Shown here: positions 13,761-28,300 of the stretch, one piece after another
Numbering within the stretch: position 1 is the stretch's first letter
Layout: every line of letters starts with the position of its first letter
NCBI RefSeq assembly: GCF_036971445.1
Contig: NC_091476.1
Location: 165,044,001-165,108,000 of the forward strand
Length of the DNA stretch: 64,000 nt
Direction of reading: 5' to 3'
DNA from: Narcine bancroftii
Taxonomy: Eukaryota
Notes under the pieces: generated by a model
The model's input: only the letters and a program-made list of their open reading frames with translations
Told to the model about the DNA's origin: nothing
Databases searched by the model: none
Program-made: the position numbers and the translations under genes

Positions 13761-14551
13761 AGAGGACATGCTGCACCTCTCACAGTCATACAGTAAAGTG
13801 CTGTGAGAAAGTGAGCAGTTGGTGGAGATGGAAGAGCAGACATCAGAGCCCTGAAAGGAACTGTCTCGGCTGCTATAGGGAGAAGGGGAGGAACAGCCTT
13901 TCTTGTTTTTTGATTTCCATTCATGAAGTGGGTAAACAAAGCTTCCCATAACAGAAAACTGAGAAACCCCTTCAAAATGGTGAAAGGTTTGCCCTCTTTC
14001 TCTCCTTCTGTAGCTCATCTTTCACATGTCAAGTATTAAGATTCAGAATTATTTTGCCATATGATAAAAACAGATGTTATATTACCATCAGCCTCATACT
14101 TCTTACAATCAGAGAAAGAGAACCAAAAGAGAGTCCCTTTGGAGTCACTGACTGTCCAAGGATTTGCCCTCCAGCCTCTGCAGCTGCACAGACTTCAGTC
14201 CAAACCATCACCCGATCCAAACCTCCAACATGATCAGGATGCCTTCAGCGCCTGAGGCTGCTTGGGATGCCTTCTTGCCCATGGCTCCCTCTCACTCCCC
14301 AACTTTGATATATGGTACCCATAGTCAGCTGGCCAGCCCATCAGAGTGGGGCATTGCAGCCATGTGCTATTGAGTTGGGCACCGATTTCGAAGCACATAG
14401 CCTGACTTGGTCGGTGAGTGGGAAGGTTGAGAATCACTGCTCTAGACCAAATTGTTACTGAAATATTTTGCTTGAGACAAATAATCATTGACCCATCTCC
14501 TTTGGAGTTATGAAACAGTGCACATAACGAGTCAATTAGGTACAATTGAAA

Positions 14552-14683
14552 CAGTGATTTTCAAACTTTTTCTTTCCACCCACATACCACCTTAAGCAAT
14601 CCTTTAATAATCATAAAGCAGCTATGGCATAGGGAATACTTAAAGTGGTATGTGAGTGGATAGAAAAAGGTTGAGAACCTCTG
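14552..14683. mobile_element. hAT-like MITE (~132 bp, largely palindromic)
   Basis: CAGTGATTTTCAAACTTTTTCTTTCCACCCACATACCACCTTAAG ... CTTAAAGTGGTATGTGAGTGGATAGAAAAAGGTTGAGAACCTCTG. A related TIR lies at about 14425-14439. Confidence 0.75.
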
Positions 14684-14739
14684 CTTTAAAGCCTTCATCC
14701 TATAGACCCATTTTGTCATTAAATGTAATTATAAAATTG

Positions 14740-17700
14740 TTGCAAAAATGTTGGTGAATAAAATGACTAAATTGTTACCTAAATTAGGTTTTGTGAAAAA
14801 GAGACAGTTGGCTGAGGATGTGGCTAGATTACTTTGTATAATTCATTTAGCAAAGAAAAAGGAGAGATTTAAGTGATGCAGCGGCTCTAGATGCAGAAAA
14901 AAAGCATTTGATAGACTGGAACGGGACTTTTTGTTAAGGTGCTGGATAAATTTAGATTTAGTTCAACTTTTTAAATTGGATTAAGGCACTGTATAATAAT
15001 CATTAAGCTAAAGTTGTAACTAATGGGCAATTATCTGCATCATTTCAGCTGGTAAGGCCAATTAGACAAGGATGTCACTTATTTCCTGCATTTATTTTAG
15101 TAAATGAACCACTTGCAGAAGCTATTTGCAGTGATTTGGAAATTAAGGGATTTAGAATTGGTCAAGAAGAGCATAAAATTAGTTTATTAGCAGATGATTT
15201 ATTTGACTAAATCAGAAGCTTTTTTACAAAGATTGTATATTAAATTGGAAGAGTATGGGAAAATTTGGGGATATAAAATAAATTGGAATAAAAGTTAAAT
15301 TATGCCATTAATGAAAGATTGTACTCAATGCCACAGGGATACTCAGTTTAAATGGCCGAAGGATGGTATTAAATATTTAGGGATTCATGCAGACAATAAT
15401 TTGAAGAATTTATATAAATTGAACTATTTACCATTACTTAAAAAAGTTGAGGAAGACTTTTAAAAATGGATTAATTTACCTATAACTCAAGTAGGTAGAG
15501 TTAATTGTATTAAGATGAATATATTCCCACGAATACAGTATCTTTTTTAAATGTTACATGTTTTAAAACCTCAATTTTGTTTTCAAGAACTGAACAAACA
15601 TATAAGGAAATTCTTCTGGAATGGTAAAATGTCAAGAGTCTCCATAATATGGACATATGAATTAGGAGGCTTAAAATCTCCTAATTTCAAAAATTATTAT
15701 TGTGCAGCACAAATGATGTTACATACTTTTTTTGAAAGAGTAGAAAAAATGGGTTAAATTTGAAATGAATAAAATTGGAGGGAGAAAATCAGAAGAATTT
15801 ATATATAAATGGGATCCAAAATTGATGGTTGGAGGAAAAGTAACACAATTTTTGAAATATTTGATTAATATGTGGAATAAATGATGAAATTGATGTAAGA
15901 GGTTATATATATAACCTAAGATGCCTCTGACCCAAAATTCCCTTATATCTTTTTCAAAAGACAATCAAATTTTAGACATTTGGTTTCATAAGGGGATTAT
16001 AAATGAAAACTGTTATGAAAGAGGTCAATTAATGACATTTGAACAATTGAAAAATACTCTGTTTTGTTACTTTCATTTGTGAGCATATTTGTGAGATAAG
16101 TTAGGATCAATTATGTTGCTGCCTACCTGAGGTGAAGTAGAATTTTTTTTTAATCAGAAGAGGAATTGTTAAGAACTTCACTTTTGTAATCTTTCTTTGG
16201 CTTGACTTCGCGGATGAAGATTTATGGAGGGGTAATGTCCACGTCAGCTGCAGGCTCATTTGTGGCTGACAAGTCCGATGCGGGACAGGCAGACACGGTT
16301 GCAGAGGAAAATTGGTTGGTTGGGGTTGTGTGTTGGGTTTTTCCTCCTTTGTCTTTTGTCAGTGAGGTGGGCTCTGTGGTCTTCTTCAAAGGAGGTTGCT
16401 GCCCGCCGAACTGTGAGGTGCAAAGATGCACCGTTGAGGCGATATCAGCCCACTGGCGGTGGTCAATGTGGCAGGCACCAAGAGATTTCTTTAGGCAGTC
16501 CTTGTACCTCTTCTTTGGTGCACCTCTGTCACGGTGGCCAGTGGAGAGCTCACCATATAACACGATCTTGGGAAGGCGATGGTCCTCCATTCTGGAGACG
16601 TGACCTACCCAGCACAGTTGGATCTTCAGCAGCGTGGATTCGATGCTGTCGGCCTCTGCCATCTCGAGTACTTTAATGTTAGGGATGAAGTCGCTCCAAT
16701 GAATGTTGAGGATGGAGCGGAGACAACGCTGGTGGAAGCGTTCTTGGAGCCATAGGTGATGCCGGTAGAGGACCCATGATTCGGAGCCGAACAGGAGTGT
16801 GGGTATGATAACGGCTCTGTATACGCTAATCTTTGAGGTTTTTCAGTTGGTTGTTTTTCCAGACTCTTGTGTAGTCTTCCAAAGGCGCTATTTGCCTTGG
16901 CAAGTCTGTTGTCTATCTCGTTGTCAATCCTTGCATCCGATGAAATGGTGCAGCTGAGATAGGTAAACTGGTTGACCGTTTTGAGTTTTGGAGATGTGGG
17001 GGTGCTGGTAGTCATGGTGGGGAGCTGGCTGATGGAGGATCTCAGTTTTCTTCAGGCTGACTTCCAGGCCAAACATTTTGGAAGTTTCCGCAAAGCAGGA
17101 CGTCAAGCGCTGAAGAGCTGGCTCTGAATGGGCATCTAAAGCAGCATCGTCTGCAAAGAGTAGTTCACGGACAAGTTTCTCTTGTGTCTTGGTGTGAGCT
17201 TGCAGGCGCCTCAGATTGAAGAGACTGCCATCTGTGCGGTACCGGATGTAAACAGCGTCTTCATTGTTGAGGTCTTTCGTGGCTTGGTTCAACATCATGC
17301 TGAAGAAGTTTGAAAAGAGGGTTGGTGCGAGAACGCAGCCTTGCTTCACGCCATTGTTAATGGAGAAGGGTTCAGACAGCTCATTGCTGTATCCGTCCCG
17401 ACCTTGTTGGTTTTCGTGCAGTTGGATAACCATGTTGAGGAACTTTGGGGGGCATCCGAGGCGCTCTAGTATTTGCCAAAGCCCTTTCCTGCTCAGTGTC
17501 AAAGGCTTTGGTGAGGTCAACAAAGGTGATGTAGAGTCCTTTGTTTTACTAAAAGTGGAGTTCATAAATCTAGACAGAGGTGGGAACTGGATTAAATGTC
17601 ACATTTGATTAACAAAGATGGGTGGATCTTTGTAGAGATTCCATGACTATTATTAATGAAAGATATAGATTAGTTCAGTGTAATTTTCTACGTCAGTTAT

Positions 17701-18370
17701 ATTTTACACCACAAAATTGAATAGGTTGAAATCAGATGAATCAGATGTGGTGAAGAGGAAGGAACTTTTTTTTTAAAAACATTCAGTTTGGTCCTGTTCC
17801 AAGGTAAAAACCTTTTTGGTTGGAATTAAGCAAACTTTTTGGAATAAGTTACAGGTGTCGTTTTTCCGCAAAATCCAGATTTATTTTTATTAGGAAATAT
17901 TGAAGGAACAAGACCTAAATTAAAATTATCAATATACCAGAGTGGCAAGAAAATGTATTGCAGTTACTTGGAAATAAGATAATCATTTGAGTATGGCATG
18001 ATTGAATGCAGAAATTCAAAGTTGTATCCCTTTAGAAAGAAATACATAAAAGAAATACACTGTGTTTCTACAAATTTGGCCCCCATAAACCCAAACATTA
18101 GGTTTAAATTTATAATGTTGGGCTTCCTGTACCTCTGAACCCATTAGAAATCTATAGAATGTATTAAAAGATTTTGGTTAAATAGATATGTTGGATATGT
18201 CCTCTGTGCAATCCTGACTCTTCTTTTTTTCCCTTCTATATATTTTATTCTCATACTGTTTATTCTGAGGGGGGGGGGGGTATCATGCATGAAGTTTTAG
18301 ATTGTTAGTTTTTGTATTAATATATTGAATTTGATCGTTTGGAAAAATGTTAAACAAAATACTCAAAAAA
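14740..18370 (+). mobile_element. Degenerate L1 ORF2 (RT to 3' end), interrupted by an RTE element
   Basis: Remnants ALDAEK-AFDRLE, RQGC, ISLLADD, GRVNCIKMNIFPRIQY, ELGGLKSPNFKNYY; resumes after 17536. Confidence 0.85.
16190..17535 (-). mobile_element. RTE-clade LINE (RT C-terminal half and 3' UTR), relatively young
   Basis: GVKQGCVLAPTLF, ELLFADDAAL, FTYLSCTIS..DNEIDNRLAKANSAFGRL, QLCWVGHVSRMEDHRLPKIVLYGEL..G.R.RGAPKKRYKD. Confidence 0.92.
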
Positions 18371-18559
18371 GCAAACCTTTTGAAACAAATGTTTTCCAGC
18401 GTTATTGTTCTAAAATATTTAAATCCAACAATTTGATTGAGAAACAAAGGAAGGAGACTATTTCATCTCATGAACCTGTCCTATCATTCAATGAGTCAGA
18501 AATGGTCATATTTCTTCAGTTCACAAAAATTAGACCAAGCCTGTTTCAGGACAAGTTGA

Positions 18560-19090
18560 TGGGACAAATGAAAATTTTAAAAATGCAGTTTGGCATAATT
18601 AATGTTTTCACAATAGGTTCTGAATATAAAAACAAGAGCATGACACCAAATCTTTGCCAGTCACTGGCGAGGTTTCAGCTGAGCACTGACTCCATACTCA
18701 ACAACCACCTCTTTATATAGTTAGTTATGTAGAATGGGATGGTATCGCAGATAAGATACCTAAATGTAGACTAGTGAACTGAGAATAATTGTTCTGAGCA
18801 GAGGTTTGCTGCAACAATGGACCGATTACTTATTTGCTGGCTATTTTAGAAACAAGGGGTAATATATTTAAAATAACTTGCAAAAGATGGGAGTAAAATT
18901 TTGAGAAATTATTTCATACAACAGTTCTGATCTGGAACTTGATCCTTAAGAGAGGAATCAAATTCTTCAGCATTTCAAAAGGGATTTGTTGGTAGACAAT
19001 TAATTTGCAGGGCAATGTAGAAGTGCCCAGGGACAAAACCGAATAGCTCTTTCAAAGAGCTGGTGCAGGCACAGTAATATAATCTGCTGT
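18560..19090 (+). mobile_element. Old CR1-like 3' fragment
   Basis: Degenerate L..SL.R.QL / ETRG / FFTQ.V..WN remnants. Confidence 0.5.
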
Positions 19091-21259
19091 GATCGGTCTG
19101 CTGGACTTTTTGAGCCTGCTCTTCATCCAGTAAAGTTGATAATTATCACATTAAATATCAATGACTCAGGAATGCTCAAGCTGATTGTGAAGTACCTGTA
19201 CACCAACAACTCCTTATTTGGCAATTAGGGATACAACCTGCTATAATAAATCCTAAGAAACATGTATGGAAAAAGGATTGTGAGTCTGAGTGTTCTGAAA
19301 AGACAAGTTTGTCTATATAAATATACAATGTGAGCCACACAGCAGATTCCCTTGGAGTGAGACTAGCCACTTGTGGCAGTGGTTCTTTGCAAAGCTCAGG
19401 CTCCACTCCTGCTGGGGTTCAAATCCATTCTTCAAACATGTAGGGAATTAAGAATCAAAGACTATGTATTTACTATCTTGGTAGGTGTCTCTAAATCTCT
19501 ACTCTGTACGCATTCATGTTCAAGAGATTTGATTTGTTAATTTCTCTTGTTCTATTATTTCAAATGTGTTAAGATGACTGCTCAAAAAATCCATAAGAAC
19601 CAATTATTAAATCATTAGAAAATAAAATTCTGCCAGAAAAAAGGTAAAACCATGACTAAATAAAGTCAATGAAGGGATTAAGGAGGTCATGGTATGACTT
19701 GCAGCATAGTTAATGTGTTTTCTTGGAGAGGCCAAGATATTTGAGGCACAATGGCCCCAAGATAAATACAAATCATCTCTGCCATTCAGTAAACTTGATT
19801 TTCCTTCATCCTCTTAAAGCTTACATTTCCCAATCTCTTTTCGAATCCAGATAAGTGTGAAGTGATGCAGTTTAGAATGTCAAGCCTTAAAGTTCCTTTT
19901 ATTGTCACATTAAAAATGTATTTAGCTTTTACCTGCCATAAAGCAGTTGCCATTAGTATTAACCAATATCCCTTACCACAGATAGAAGCAAGAGCCCCTT
20001 CAGATTTATTAAGATTATTCCTTGATTTGACACACTTAGAGACAAAGTCACCTCTCATTTTCTCCTTGGAGCAAAGGATGAGACATTACTTGAGGTCTTC
20101 AAGATTATGACAGGGAGATTGGGTGGATAACAAGCAGGTTTCTCCCTGAAGTGAGAGTAGAAAATGGCAGAGGACATTTGTACAAAGTGAGGGGAGGAAA
20201 GTTTAAGGCAAACTTCAGAGGTATTCCTCCTCCTCTTACACCCACCCCCCCCCCCCCCACCAACCTGAGAGAAGTTAGTGTTTATTGGCCAAGGTAGGGT
20301 AAGGTTTGTCAGTTTCTATTGATCAGCAAATATTTTGCTTTTTTGTGCTGTAACATTCTATGCTTGAAAAATATTTACTTTAATTTCTTGCTATTTTCTA
20401 ATTCATTCTCTCATTTTACACATCTCTATTAAATATTTTTGTTGAATTTCCAAAACTTTCCAAGGTTCATTCCTGATTTCGACCATGTTCAGACTCTTCC
20501 TTTAACAACTAACTTTCATTATCAGAAATGATTGGACAATTTTCTGACTGGACAAATACTCAATTTTTTTGAATTGTGAATTATTTTAATGTTTGGCTTT
20601 TTTATCTTAATCCCTGATCATTACCTATTATCCAGTTTGAAATTTTCAGATCATTTTAGGGGAAGAAAATTGGTTGGTTTGAAGATTTTTGATATACAAA
20701 TTACTACAAAATGCTTGCAGGGATAATTAAACATTTGAATAAAAGTATTTACAAGTGTGCCACCGATCTTTAAAATAAATGTCCAAGAACAGGTCCTGGA
20801 GCCTTCATGTCAATGCAATCACAAAGGCTTGCCAGTGGCTATTCTTGGGAGTTTGAGGAGATTCAGTACATCACCACTCAAAAACTTTGACAGATGTACC
20901 ATGGAGAGCATTCTGGGTGGTTGTATCATGCAACTTTACTATAAATATTTTAATGCTTTGTCTGCTTCCATCATACCTTGACATTCTTGTAATGAGGTAA
21001 AGATTAGTGTTTTGTTGTGAGCTATTAGCCAATGTCCAAATATTGTTTAAAAAGTATAAATAAGTGTAAAAAAAAAACCAATTTTCTCCTCCTAAAATGA
21101 TCTGAAAATTGCACCTGTAGATATTTTTAAAAATCAAAACCTTTTTATTTGTTATTTTATAAAAGGATCATGGAAGGAACACTCACTTTACAATCGCCTT
21201 GTCAACCTTCATTGCCACTCACCTATCATGAAACTAAGTTAATACCCTCCTCTTCCCAT

Positions 21260-21400
21260 CAGGGACACATGCATTTAAGGTGAAGCAGTGATTTACATTC
21301 ACTTCCTCCATTCAACAGTACTGCATTGTGTTCAGTGGTCTTTATGACAGAAATCAAATGTAGATTGGGCAACCACGTTGCAGAGCACCAGCACTGCAAC
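21260..21400 (+). mobile_element. Penelope-like element GIY-YIG endonuclease remnant
   Basis: FKVKQ*FT.TS....YCI...EIKCRLGNHVAEH resembles the PLE GIY-YIG motif. Confidence 0.55.
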
Positions 21401-21959
21401 ACTAAGCCATCACAAGTTCAGGAAAATTTCTTTTTTTTCTTTAAAAAGCGACAAATAAAGCTTTCTACTACCACTATAAAGTTGGCAGAAATAGGTGTTA
21501 CAAAAAAAATCAGACCAAAACTAGTGTTTGAATGCTCTCACCCTTTAAACAGTACACAAAATCACAAGTCAGAATATGGTTGCAAACAGAATGGGATCTT
21601 AAGACTGAAAGGTACATGACATTTATGACAGTTAACATGGGAACATGAATGGATCATCAGTTATCTTGTAAAGCTTCAGCATTATTCTTACTTTTAGATT
21701 TGTCTTCTCAGAATGGATAGTAATATTACATTAGTCTTCTGTAACACCAATTCAACCTGCAAGCTAAGAGCAGCAAATCTCAACTTTTTTGGCTATGGCC
21801 CTGAGGACTCTGCTCAATTTATGGGGAAGTAGTGAAGCTTTGGTTTCTTCTGTACTTCTCTCCTGCTTACTACATTAAAATAATTGTTACACGAGATGAA
21901 AAAAACTTTTACATAATGCGCTATGCCCCCCCCTCCCCCCATTGAGAATGGCTGATCCA

Positions 21960-22345
21960 GTCAACTGTGCATTAGAACATCCAAGACCATTTCAATCTCT
22001 GGTTTTGGAATTCTCTTCCCGTTTAGTCTGCCTTTATTTTTTTGTGCATGACCATACACTTCCCTACACTATTTCATCTGTCACTTTCATAGCTAGTCTT
22101 CCAATCTGGAAACTTCGCTTCCTCAATACCACCTGCCACTCTACTTATCTTTGTATTGTCTGCAAATGTAAACATAAAGCCATCATCGAAAAATCACTGA
22201 TATTGTGCAAAACAGACCCATCATTGACCCCTACAGGACACCAGCAACCAGAAATGGCTCCCTTTATTCCAACTCTGCCTTCATGCCAGCCAATTTTCTG
22301 TCCACACTTGCACCTTACCTGGAATATCATGGGGTCTTATCTTGT
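21960..22345 (-). mobile_element. CR1-like RT fragment
   Basis: Minus-strand GAISGCWCPVGVN.GSVL...HLQTIQR is a frameshifted SGVPQGSVLG...FADDTK region. Confidence 0.6.
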
Positions 22346-23164
22346 TTATCAACCTCCTACTTCACACCTTCAGCTTACCAAGCACCTTCCTGTATTAATG
22401 ACATTATTTCTGCCCAAACTCTTGATTTGTGGGCATATCTGGATATGGGCAAAATGTAGGCAAATTGTTTGGAACTGACAAATTGGGCCAAATGATCAGT
22501 TTCCATGCTGTTAAACTCTACAAATGATGGATGAGAATTTGATGGCATACACTTAAAATTTCAAGAAATATTGTGGACAATGAAAGCATTCTGTGAGACC
22601 CAACTTTGAGCAATAGATAGACTGGATGGCAAAGAAACTATTGGCATAATTAGCGAATAGTAATATGTACACCTTCCAATTTTTTGCAAATTGCATGAAC
22701 ATACAGGCACTAATTAGGAACCCTAAATGTTTATTGCCAGAAAATGAATGGAAAAATAAGAGGTCATGTCCCAGTTATTCTTCTTGGAGATATTAACGTA
22801 TTAGAGGCAATTTGGAGAACACTGAAAATAGTTGGATTGAGGCAGTCATCTTACAACATTGGACACCAGGATATATTTTGTAGAGTTAAAAAATAAATCA
22901 TAAAACAACAATTAAAACAAGATCAAAAAGAGCCTCAATATTACCATGCACAAACTGAAGCATGGCCAATAAATTGGACTACTCCAATAAATTTGATTAT
23001 AGTTACCTGGAAAAATAAGGCAAGCACCATTCTAAAATCAACCATTCTGACCAAGACAAGGCTTCTTGATTTTTTTTAAACAGCTCTTTCAGTATCATAC
23101 ATGTGTTCTTCAAAGCAACAGCCCAAGTTGCATCTCATATCCCCACAAAAGAACACAATTTTGA

Positions 23165-23255
23165 ACACAAATCTTAGTGACTTTATTTACATTGACAAAA
23201 ATAAATGGGTGTCATGAAATGAGGTTGTGATTCGGGCAATCCTCCATCCAAGATC
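23165..23255 (-). terminator. Candidate distal terminal exon with poly(A) signal
   Basis: Long pyrimidine tract tttatttctttaattctcctcag|GATC; AATAAA on minus at 23182-23187; downstream GU-rich TTGTGTTCTTTTGTGGGG. Confidence 0.6.
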
Positions 23256-24236
23256 CTGAGGAGAATTAAAGAAATAAAATTAGTCTTGCTGAAAATCTGT
23301 TCATTTCAAATAGTCCAATGTATTCATGCCATCACAAAATTTCCCATTGTAGCAGGTTTGTCTGATGTCAGTGCTGAGATGGTTTTGGTACCGATCAATC
23401 TTTTGTGACAGATGAATAACCCAAACAGAAATTTGCCTTAGGTCTGTAAGTTAACCACCCAGTTCGGGTATCTCACTGTCTTAAGGTCACATGATGAAGC
23501 ACAACTGCAGCCCGTGCAACTGAAAATAGGCAGTGAATGTGAATCTCTGCAATTGTTGTTATATTGCAAGGCACATTTTGTAGCATTGCCATGTACGCTT
23601 GACCTTGATGCTGATTCCAAGAGATCTGAAAAAATGAATTATCTGCCAACATTGTGACCCTCCATTGTCTTGCACATGATAGGTAGCCCACCATCTACGG
23701 AATGTACCCAACTCTTCAATTCATATTTGCCCAAGCAAATGAATCCAGCCATCTAGCTCTTTACTGCAGATCATAGCCCAGTCTCAGGAGGTATTCAATT
23801 GATTAAACTGGACATCTAAGATCAAGGATGTAAATTACCTAAGTGGTTGCAAAAGTTCTGGTTCCAGCTGATAGTAAAGTATGATACTTGACATCATGCG
23901 AAACTCACTGTTCAATCTCAACACCAGCAAACCTTTTGGGTACACATGGATTTTTGGGCAGTTCCATCCAAATGCTGCCATCGTTACTGACTACTGAAAA
24001 ATTAAGTGCTAACTACAACATCTTTTATAGCATTTTCAAGCTGTTATTTTCATAGTTCAACAATATTCTGTTCTCAAGGTGCAGACCAATAAAAATGCTA
24101 AGACACGAATGTATTAAAATTGGATACCAACTGAAAATACAAGTCTTAAATTTGGAAGGATTCCCAGACAGGCACCTACTTTGACAAAAAAATCATTGAT
24201 TATTGGTCTTCAACATCCTCCGTTTTATATACTTAC

Positions 24237-24302
24237 CCCTCTTCATGACGTGTAATGACTGACCAGATGTTAAATAGTCTGGTATGTGGCTTTACACAGA
24301 AT
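24237..24302 (-). other. Candidate distal non-coding exon of SFPQ, 66 nt
   Basis: gctttcttttttcag|ATTCTG...GAGGG|gtaagt; near-consensus splice sites. Confidence 0.6.
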
Positions 24303-25251
24303 CTGAAAAAAGAAAGCATAAATCAGCACAAGCTTGTATCATTATAAACTGGTTTCTTAACGGAGTAGGCTACACTGACAAGGTGCATTGTGTTCATCAA
24401 TAGATACATTAGTCAGCGCTTATGAGCTAACAGACTTAGAATCAGAAGAGTGTTCACCTGCAAAGGCAGACGCAACAACCTACTTGTGCCTAGTGACATA
24501 CATTTAATTGAAAAAAAATCTAATAGGCCTTTTTAGACAACAAGCTCAAAAATTCTGATGTCATCAATACACCTTGGAATGTGGGATGGATCTACAGGAC
24601 CCAGAGGAAACCTGCATAGACACAAGGATAACACAAGAACCCCTTGCAGCATTGTTCCAACCAAAATGTGCTACACTTTTTAGGAATAAATCAGTAAATC
24701 AAAGGTCTACCCAACATGACAAACTAATTGCCCATGGGATGCATTTAGTTCTGGTCACCACTGCTCAGGAAAGATATGATGGCAAGGATGCAGCCAGGGT
24801 TGCAGAATCTTAAATTGAGTTTGACTTCTCAGGGGAAGCTTTCAAGTTGATTTTTTTTTTCTCCACCCAGACAGAGGCAGTGAGAAGTAACCAAAAACAT
24901 ACACTAATGGGTTACAAAGTGCCATAACCAAAAAGGTGAATGCATCGATAGAGGAGACTGCTGGTTAACTGGAGAACATAAAGCTGTGGAAGAACTCAAA
25001 CTGCAGAAAGCAAAAGTTTCGGGGCTCTTTTAAACTTCCATGGATGCTGCCTGATCTGCTGGGTTCCTCTAGGGTGAATGAGATAGCTGGTTTCCAGGTA
25101 AGATTCCTCAGGAAAGGACTAAGGTCCAAATAACTGTTCCCTGCCATTGTGCAAATGAAAAATACCTTATCTTCTAGCTTCAAATATACTACAAAACTTA
25201 AAATGTGATCAAGTCTATTCCAGAATATTTTAGAACTTAGCAGTTACTTAC

Positions 25252-25304
25252 CAGTATTTTAATATACCAGTAGCCTGTCAACGTGCATCAAGCTCTTTCC
25301 ATGC
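25252..25304 (-). other. Candidate distal non-coding/poison exon of SFPQ, 53 nt
   Basis: gtgttctctttag|GCATGG...ATACTG|gtaagt; reads AWKELDAR* if joined to exon 8. Confidence 0.6.
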
Positions 25305-28300
25305 CTAAAGAGAACACATTAAGTTAGTAAGAGCTTAATGCCAGCTGATACATTGATAAATCTGCTCAGATCACATTACATTGGAAAACTGCCATACAAA
25401 TACAGCCCAAATGTAGATCTGGTATACAAAAGTTGACCAAATTCCCCGGTAGCCTCAGTGCCACTGTTTCCACAGTAGCACCCATTGACTAATATTTATG
25501 GGGAAAGAACAAGTAAACTTGAAAGAGGTTACAACTGATGTGCATCAGAAAGCACTTGTGTACTTTGTACTGACTTGCCTACATAGGCCGACAGAAAGGA
25601 GCAAAGCAAGAATTTATGCTTTAAGCCAAGCTTCACTTAGGCAATTATGGCACTCGGAACAGGGTTAAAACTACTCAAATTAAAAATTTTAAGTTTGAAC
25701 AGGCCAAATAAGATTGACCAAACTAGCACAAAAATAAATGCCTAATCAGGCAAGTGTAAGGGAAGTTACACTCATCTCAGAAATGATTCCAACCTCATTT
25801 ACAACACTAATAGATACCAAATATCCCTATTATGTATGTTCTGGCATCACTCTCCTGCACAGAGGCTCAAAATATTGTAGCCAAATTGAACTGAAAAAGC
25901 TCAGTCTTAGAGAATAATTGAGATGGAATACAGTGCAGACACTTAGCTATCTATTTTCAGAACCCCAAAGTCCAGTGTAATGAATTGATCCATGATTTCA
26001 GCTCTAGGGACAAGCCAGAAATTGCTTTTTACAGAAAGCATACTTCATTGCTCATTCTAAAGAGGCAATAATTTCTTTGACTAAGTATGTCTTCCAAATA
26101 TAGAATACAAATGTGATCAACACTTCAGCTTCAATATTGCATAGTGTTAATCTTGTTGTCAGCTTGTTAATCAATTAAACCAAATCAAGATTGCACTCGA
26201 GAATACTGCAGATGACTCTTGTGTCAAAATCCCAGCATTGCAACAGGATAACCACCATAAAATGGTCAAAGAACAGAACAATGTCAAGGACCATGACAAT
26301 ATTTACATCTTCTGCCCTAATCTTAAAACATTCTTCACAGCAACTTCACCCAAACAATCTAAGCAGTCAAGTCCAACATACCACCATGATCACCAAGTGT
26401 TTTCCTCTAGATGGTTTCAAGGATGTGAAGTTTGCAGAGATAAACTTAACAGAAAACTAATGACTATATCAACCCCAATACTGATCATATGTGATCCATA
26501 AGATTGGAGCACATCACTTCATCTCTTAATGAATTGACAAGCAAGCCATTTGCTGATCAACAGTCTCAAAGAAAGCAAACCCAAAATACTGTGATTTGGC
26601 CAAGGCCCATTCCAGTTATGTAATTAATTTTAATGAGTAGTCAGATGCCAAAAGGGCAAATACTTGGTTACCAAGTCCAAGGAAGATGCAAGAATTTCCT
26701 ACCAAAATTAATAAACTACTTTTCAGTACGTAGTATCAGATGCAGTATAAATCAGTTGAAGTAATGAATGACATTTACAGAAATTATACTTGCCATATAC
26801 AACAGGCAAGTATTGTTAAAAATTCTGCCAAACTTGTAACGGATCTTCCTACATTCAAATACATGGTCTGGTCTTAGGATCTCTGGCCAGATAGTCCAAT
26901 GATCAAGACAGATTGTAGTTAGTCATTACAAAGCTGACTTGGTAAAAGGCAAAAACCACATCTGGGCTATACTAAACATTACAGGAGATAAACCAAGTAC
27001 AATCAAGAGGTGCAAACATTCATGGTACAGGGATCTGACAGAGGCTCATCATGAGCAAGCTGATTAAATTGCCACAATTCCAAATTCAGTTGGCAGATCA
27101 AGCTGCCATTCCCTTCACAATTGCAGGCAATTGCACACCCACCCCTTCCCTTTTCCAAACCCCAAACATTATTACAAGTGTCATTCCAGTTATGGCAATA
27201 AGTGGCCTACAGCACATGTACTTGTTGATCATGCTGCTTTATTTATGGTCTTGGCAAAACTCAAGGCAGGTGCAGTGTTTAGAAAAAGATATGTTGAATA
27301 GATAAGCTACAACATTCCTATTTGAAGTCCACATCACATATCCAAATATACAATTGAAGACAGAAGGTACATCTACCTCTTAGTTGATGATCCACAGACA
27401 CACTGAGATCTTAATGCTGTGGTACAACAGTATTTCAAAGCTGCACTAGTAGCTGTACATCACTTGGCCTGTAATGCATCATTGATACTAGTCAGCAATG
27501 AATGCTAATAGTCCAACCGCTTAAAGTGCTGCACTGTAATCACACTGTCAGAAGGGTGATGCCTGAACCATTTCACTGACTTAAGAAATTACGAAAGACA
27601 TTTTAACAAGTTATTTGTACATACCTGTATGCAGTCTGTACTGTGTACCGCAGAACAAGCAGGAATACTATTCTCCAGGTCTTACTGCCCAATCCCATTT
27701 GCAGTACTACAGATCCTCAATGTAATGTATTGCAGACAAGCTGACTGTATTTATTCGCTGGAGAGTGGCATTACTTGCAATGTTGCAGCATAATTGGCTG
27801 CCAGCAGCCACTTGCTGGCTTGTAACTCAGATGCGTTGCCATGTGACCTGAGAATCTGAAACTGTTACAACTTCCACTGAAGAATACTGTACTGGGGAAG
27901 ACAAGTTATTTTAATTTGTTCCCAGACTTGATGGGCATTGCAAAAATGAGCACCTGAAGACCAAAAAGGCAACTGAACTTTCCTTGTTTTCAGATTAACT
28001 GATACATTAACCAAGTTCAAAAATAGACAAGAAAAAAAATGTAAGCAAACCTTTCAGCCAAAGTAACTTTGCTCCAATTAAAAAAAGGGATTCACTAAAA
28101 ATATATTGCGACCAAATGCACAAGTTGTGGCATCAAAAAAATTAAAAGGGTTTTCAAAAAATTTCCAAGCTCTGTTTACACCACCTAAAGAACTGAAAAT
28201 TCCCCAATAGATTCACAAAAGCCCCTAGTTACATGTAATATACCAAACCACATCGACCAAGTTACCATAAAGATTTGAAAAGATAGAAACCTAATTATCA

